Below, one piece after another: positions 60,367 to 64,000 of a stretch of 64,000 nt of DNA. Positions within the stretch are counted from its first letter, which is position 1. Every line of letters starts with the position of its first letter. The translations under genes and the position numbers were made by a program. The notes beneath the pieces are model-generated. The model did no database searches, was not told the DNA's origin, and worked only from the letters and a program-made list of their open reading frames with translations. The DNA comes from Nitrosopumilus sp. (GTDB lineage: Archaea; Thermoproteota; Nitrososphaeria; Nitrososphaerales; Nitrosopumilaceae), in the NCBI GenBank assembly GCA_965207445.1, contig CBDBLX010000002.1:2231849-2295848 (forward strand), in the 5' to 3' direction.

Positions 60367-63300
60367 ATGGGCAATCTACCCCCATCTGTAATAATATTAA
60401 ATGTAAAGAGAGTCGTAAAGCCCGTATCTTTCTTGCATGTCACAATTGCCATGTTGATCTTAATTATGCCTACTAGCGTCGCATTTGCATTGTTTGAGGA
60501 TTTTGAATCTGATGATGCGTTGATACCACCTCTTGAAGCTTGTATAGATGCACTCACTACTGATAAAGTGACATCTTATTACGAGTACCGTGACTCAAAT
60601 GCTCCTGATACATCCTACACCCTATTATCAGGAGTGGGAGTTGAAGGTAATCTGCATGCAAATGACCGTTGTGTCGGATCCATCACTCCAAGAATAGTTG
60701 GTGATTTACCTACAGTTGAGATCCCCACTACCACAACAACCACTGCACAGGTAAACACTCAAGTCACACTCACTGCAACTGCAACTGATACTGAGGATGG
60801 TGACTTGAATGCAAAAATTTCATGGAGTTCTAGTCCCACAGGTGTGACTGGGACTGGTAATACCATAATGTGGACACCGCAAAGTGCAGTTAATTATATG
60901 ATTACAGCAACTATAACTGACAGTGATGGTAATATCGCGTATGCCACCCATACGATATCAGTGAACAGTGGCGATCCACCTATCATAAACATCGATGCCA
61001 CCATACCCACCACCATACAAGTAAACACTCAAGTCACACTCACCGCTACTGCAACTGATACTGAGGATGGTGACTCTGCTGCTAATATAGTGTGGAGTTC
61101 CAATCCTGTAGGACTTGATGCCACAGGCCACACAGTAGTATGGACACCACAAAATCATGGCAAATATACAATCACTGCAACAATAACTGACAGTGACGGT
61201 AATACCGCATATGGCACACATGTCATAACAGTAGACCAAGGCAATGCACCCACAATCAATTTTACATCAAACACACCTACCTTATCCCAGATCAATGTAC
61301 CTGTAACGTTTGCTGCAACTGCATCTGATGTTGAAGACGACGCAAACAATATCGACTCAGATTCCAAGATTCAATGGAGCTCTAGCCCTGTAAGTGTAAC
61401 AGGGACAGGTTCCTCTGTAACATGGACACCCACTCAGAGTGGCACCTATGTGATTACTGCAACTATAACTGATAGTGACGGTAATGTCACATATATCACT
61501 CATGAGATTACAATTGAGAGGGACAATTTACCCATAGTTGACATTACATCTGATGTATTTACCACAACTCGAATCAACACCCCAGTGACACTGACTGCTA
61601 CTGTATCAGATGTAGAAGATGACAATGCAGGGCTTGCAAATAATATAGTATGGACATCCAGCCCAGGAGGTCAAATTGGCACAGGTGATACCGTAACATG
61701 GACCCCCACTCAGAGTGGCACCTATGTGATTACTGCAACTATAACGGATAGTGCAGGTAATACTCAGAGTGATACTCATGAGATTACTGCAAATAGTGGA
61801 GATCCACCTACAATTTCGATTCCAGCATATACACCTATCAAAGCCCTAGTGGGATCACAAATAACATTCAATGCAACAATAACTGATACTGAGGATGATA
61901 ATGAAGAGCTTGCAAATAAGATAGTATGGACATCAAACCCAGCAAGTGTGTCTCATACAGGACCCTCTGTAACATGGACCCCCACTCAGAGTGGCACCTA
62001 TGTGATTACTGCAACTATAACGGATAGTGACGGCAACATAGTACAAGATACCCATACCATTACAGTTGACCGTGGAACCCCTCCCACACTAGAAATCAAC
62101 TCAGGCGCCCCTACCACAACTCGAATCAACACACAAGTGACACTGACTGCTACTGTATCGGATGTAGAAGATGACAATGCAGGGCTTGCAAATAATATAG
62201 TATGGAGTTCTAATCCTGCAGGTGTAACAGGGACAGGTTCCTCTGTAACATGGACGCCCACTCAGAGTGGCACCTATGTGATTACTGCAACTATAACTGA
62301 TAGTGATGATCATATCTCTTTTGACACTCATACGCTAATAGTAAACCGTGGGGCTCCACCTACGATCAGCATTTTATCAGCGCCCAATACTGCTAGTGTA
62401 AAATCACCAGTGACACTGACTGCTACTGTATCGGATGTAGAAGATGACAATGCAGGGCTTGCAAATAATATAGTATGGAGTTCTAATCCTGCAGGTGTAA
62501 CAGGGACAGGTTCCTCTGTAACATGGACACCCACTCAGAGTGGCACCTATGTGATTACTGCAACTATAACGGATAGTGATGGTAATATGAATAATTACGA
62601 GCATGAAATTGCCATAGACCGAGGAAATCCACCCACAATTGGCATTACATCAGAATCCAACACGGCACTAGTCAACTCACAAATAACATTAACAGCGACT
62701 GTATCGGATGTAGAAGATGACAATGCAGGGCTTGCAAATAATATAGTATGGAGTTCTAATCCTGCAGGTGTAACAGGGACAGGTTCCTCTGTAACATGGA
62801 CGCCCACTCAGAGTGGCACCTATGTGATTACTGCAACTATAACTGATAGTAATGGTAATATTGTCAGTGATACATACACCATTACAACAAACCGCGGCAG
62901 TCCACCCTCACTTGAAATTAGAAATAATGTACCGGATAGTACTCGCATCAATTCGCCCATAACAATCACTGCCACTGTATCAGATGTAGAAGATGACAAT
63001 GCAGGGCTTGCAAATAATATAGTATGGAGTTCTAATCCTGCAGGTGTAACAGGGACAGGTTCCTCTGTAACATGGACGCCCAATCAGACGGGCACTTATG
63101 TAATTACTGCAACCGTAACTGACAGTACGGGTTATCTTGTACGAGACACGCACACACTCACAGTTGACCGTGGTACCCCACCCACACTAGAAATCAACTC
63201 AGGCGTATCTGCTGAAACCCGAATCAACACACAAGTGACATTGACTGCCACTGTATCAGATGTAGAAGATGACAATGCAGGGCTTGCAAATAATATAGTA

Positions 63301-64000
63301 TGGAGTTCTAATCCTGCAGGTGTAACAGGGACAGGTTCCTCTGTAACATGGACGCCCAATCAGACGGGCACTTATGTAATTACTGCAACTATAACGGATA
63401 GTGATGAGAACACCGTTAGTGACACTCATCTAATTATAGTAAATCCTTCACAAATCAGTACTGTAAAAAATGCCCAATATCAACAACCACCAATACCAAC
63501 TCAATCCTATGCCACAAAGATGATTTTAGGACATCCAAATCCAATCACACCAACCTCAGACTTTAGTACCATTGTACACAAATCCATAACTAATGCAACT
63601 GGACTGTGGACGGAATTATACCCAAACATATTGGACTTTGAGGTACTAGCAAAACCACTCGCAGATGAAGATAATTACGAGTTTAACACGCAACCGATCT
63701 CAGTCATACATTTGAATTTTGTCGATGAGGTAAATGGTCCATCTACTGTTGGACTCTACGAGGCTTATTTCTTAGATGATCAAAGCACCAGGACGTTTAT
63801 CAATCACACAATAACAGTGCAAATGGGACGAAATGACTGCAAAGACACGTATCAGCAGTTTAATGAACATACACTCTCAAGTATTGTCGCACACGAGATT
63901 GGCCACTATCTACAAATAGGACATACATCAGATGAAGGAAATCTCATGTGGGCACCTGATGGAATTGATGATGGTACGTTCAACTCTTTAGGATGGACTA
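60367..64000 (+). CDS. Large secreted protein: 10 PKD/Ig-like repeats plus metzincin-like protease domain (runs off the right edge)
   Basis: Frame appears open from ATG 60367 to the window end, so it is absent from the ORF track. Signal-like AMLILIMPTSVAFA. Ten ~90-aa repeats (LTATVSDVEDD...IVWSS...VTWTP..SGTYVITATITDS). HEIGHYLQIGH...NLMW at 63892-63951. Confidence 0.88.
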   Translation, partial: MGNLPPSVIILNVKRVVKPVSFLHVTIAMLILIMPTSVAFALFEDFESDDALIPPLEACIDALTTDKVTSYYEYRDSNAPDTSYTLLSGVGVEGNLHANDRCVGSITPRIVGDLPTVEIPTTTTTTAQVNTQVTLTATATDTEDGDLNAKISWSSSPTGVTGTGNTIMWTPQSAVNYMITATITDSDGNIAYATHTISVNSGDPPIINIDATIPTTIQVNTQVTLTATATDTEDGDSAANIVWSSNPVGLDATGHTVVWTPQNHGKYTITATITDSDGNTAYGTHVITVDQGNAPTINFTSNTPTLSQINVPVTFAATASDVEDDANNIDSDSKIQWSSSPVSVTGTGSSVTWTPTQSGTYVITATITDSDGNVTYITHEITIERDNLPIVDITSDVFTTTRINTPVTLTATVSDVEDDNAGLANNIVWTSSPGGQIGTGDTVTWTPTQSGTYVITATITDSAGNTQSDTHEITANSGDPPTISIPAYTPIKALVGSQITFNATITDTEDDNEELANKIVWTSNPASVSHTGPSVTWTPTQSGTYVITATITDSDGNIVQDTHTITVDRGTPPTLEINSGAPTTTRINTQVTLTATVSDVEDDNAGLANNIVWSSNPAGVTGTGSSVTWTPTQSGTYVITATITDSDDHISFDTHTLIVNRGAPPTISILSAPNTASVKSPVTLTATVSDVEDDNAGLANNIVWSSNPAGVTGTGSSVTWTPTQSGTYVITATITDSDGNMNNYEHEIAIDRGNPPTIGITSESNTALVNSQITLTATVSDVEDDNAGLANNIVWSSNPAGVTGTGSSVTWTPTQSGTYVITATITDSNGNIVSDTYTITTNRGSPPSLEIRNNVPDSTRINSPITITATVSDVEDDNAGLANNIVWSSNPAGVTGTGSSVTWTPNQTGTYVITATVTDSTGYLVRDTHTLTVDRGTPPTLEINSGVSAETRINTQVTLTATVSDVEDDNAGLANNIVWSSNPAGVTGTGSSVTWTPNQTGTYVITATITDSDENTVSDTHLIIVNPSQISTVKNAQYQQPPIPTQSYATKMILGHPNPITPTSDFSTIVHKSITNATGLWTELYPNILDFEVLAKPLADEDNYEFNTQPISVIHLNFVDEVNGPSTVGLYEAYFLDDQSTRTFINHTITVQMGRNDCKDTYQQFNEHTLSSIVAHEIGHYLQIGHTSDEGNLMWAPDGIDDGTFNSLGWT

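Noticed and set aside
61998..63359. Repeated minus-strand ORFs starting MGVHVTEEPVP
   Set aside because: Antisense shadows of the plus-strand Ig-like repeats.

Overview
Chromosomal window from an ammonia-oxidising archaeon of the Nitrosopumilaceae. The evidence is a Nitrosopumilus-type amoA and amoX, an S-layer gene, aglB, an archaeal histone and intron-containing tRNA. Housekeeping genes (uppS, pyrF, purA, tsaC, ThiS-cgi121, rps17e, rps11, thiL, phosphohexomutase) are interspersed with a surface-glycan cluster (about 19.6-39.2 kb), an ATP-grasp/M20 + GGT + formylglutamate-hydrolase operon, two large repeat-rich secreted proteins and four tRNAs. The mobile-element load is heavy. There is one complete IS6/IS1-like element, one complete ISH3 element, decayed IS66/IS630/ISH3/IS5 copies, and three short MITE families with about 19 copies in total. 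The most striking structure is a nested element at 22.1-26.6 kb. An IS630 contains an IS630-type MITE, which is itself interrupted, with a target-site duplication, by a composite unit of two ~150-bp MITEs carrying an AAA+ ATPase/DUF4143-type gene. A second pattern is four unrelated loci that each show a ~27-32 bp duplication around a ~39-44 bp unique insert (period 71-72 bp). MITE proliferation, pseudogenes, Asn-rich insertions and repeat proteins suggest a host-associated lineage, but that is inference. All calls were made by eye from motifs; no searches were run.
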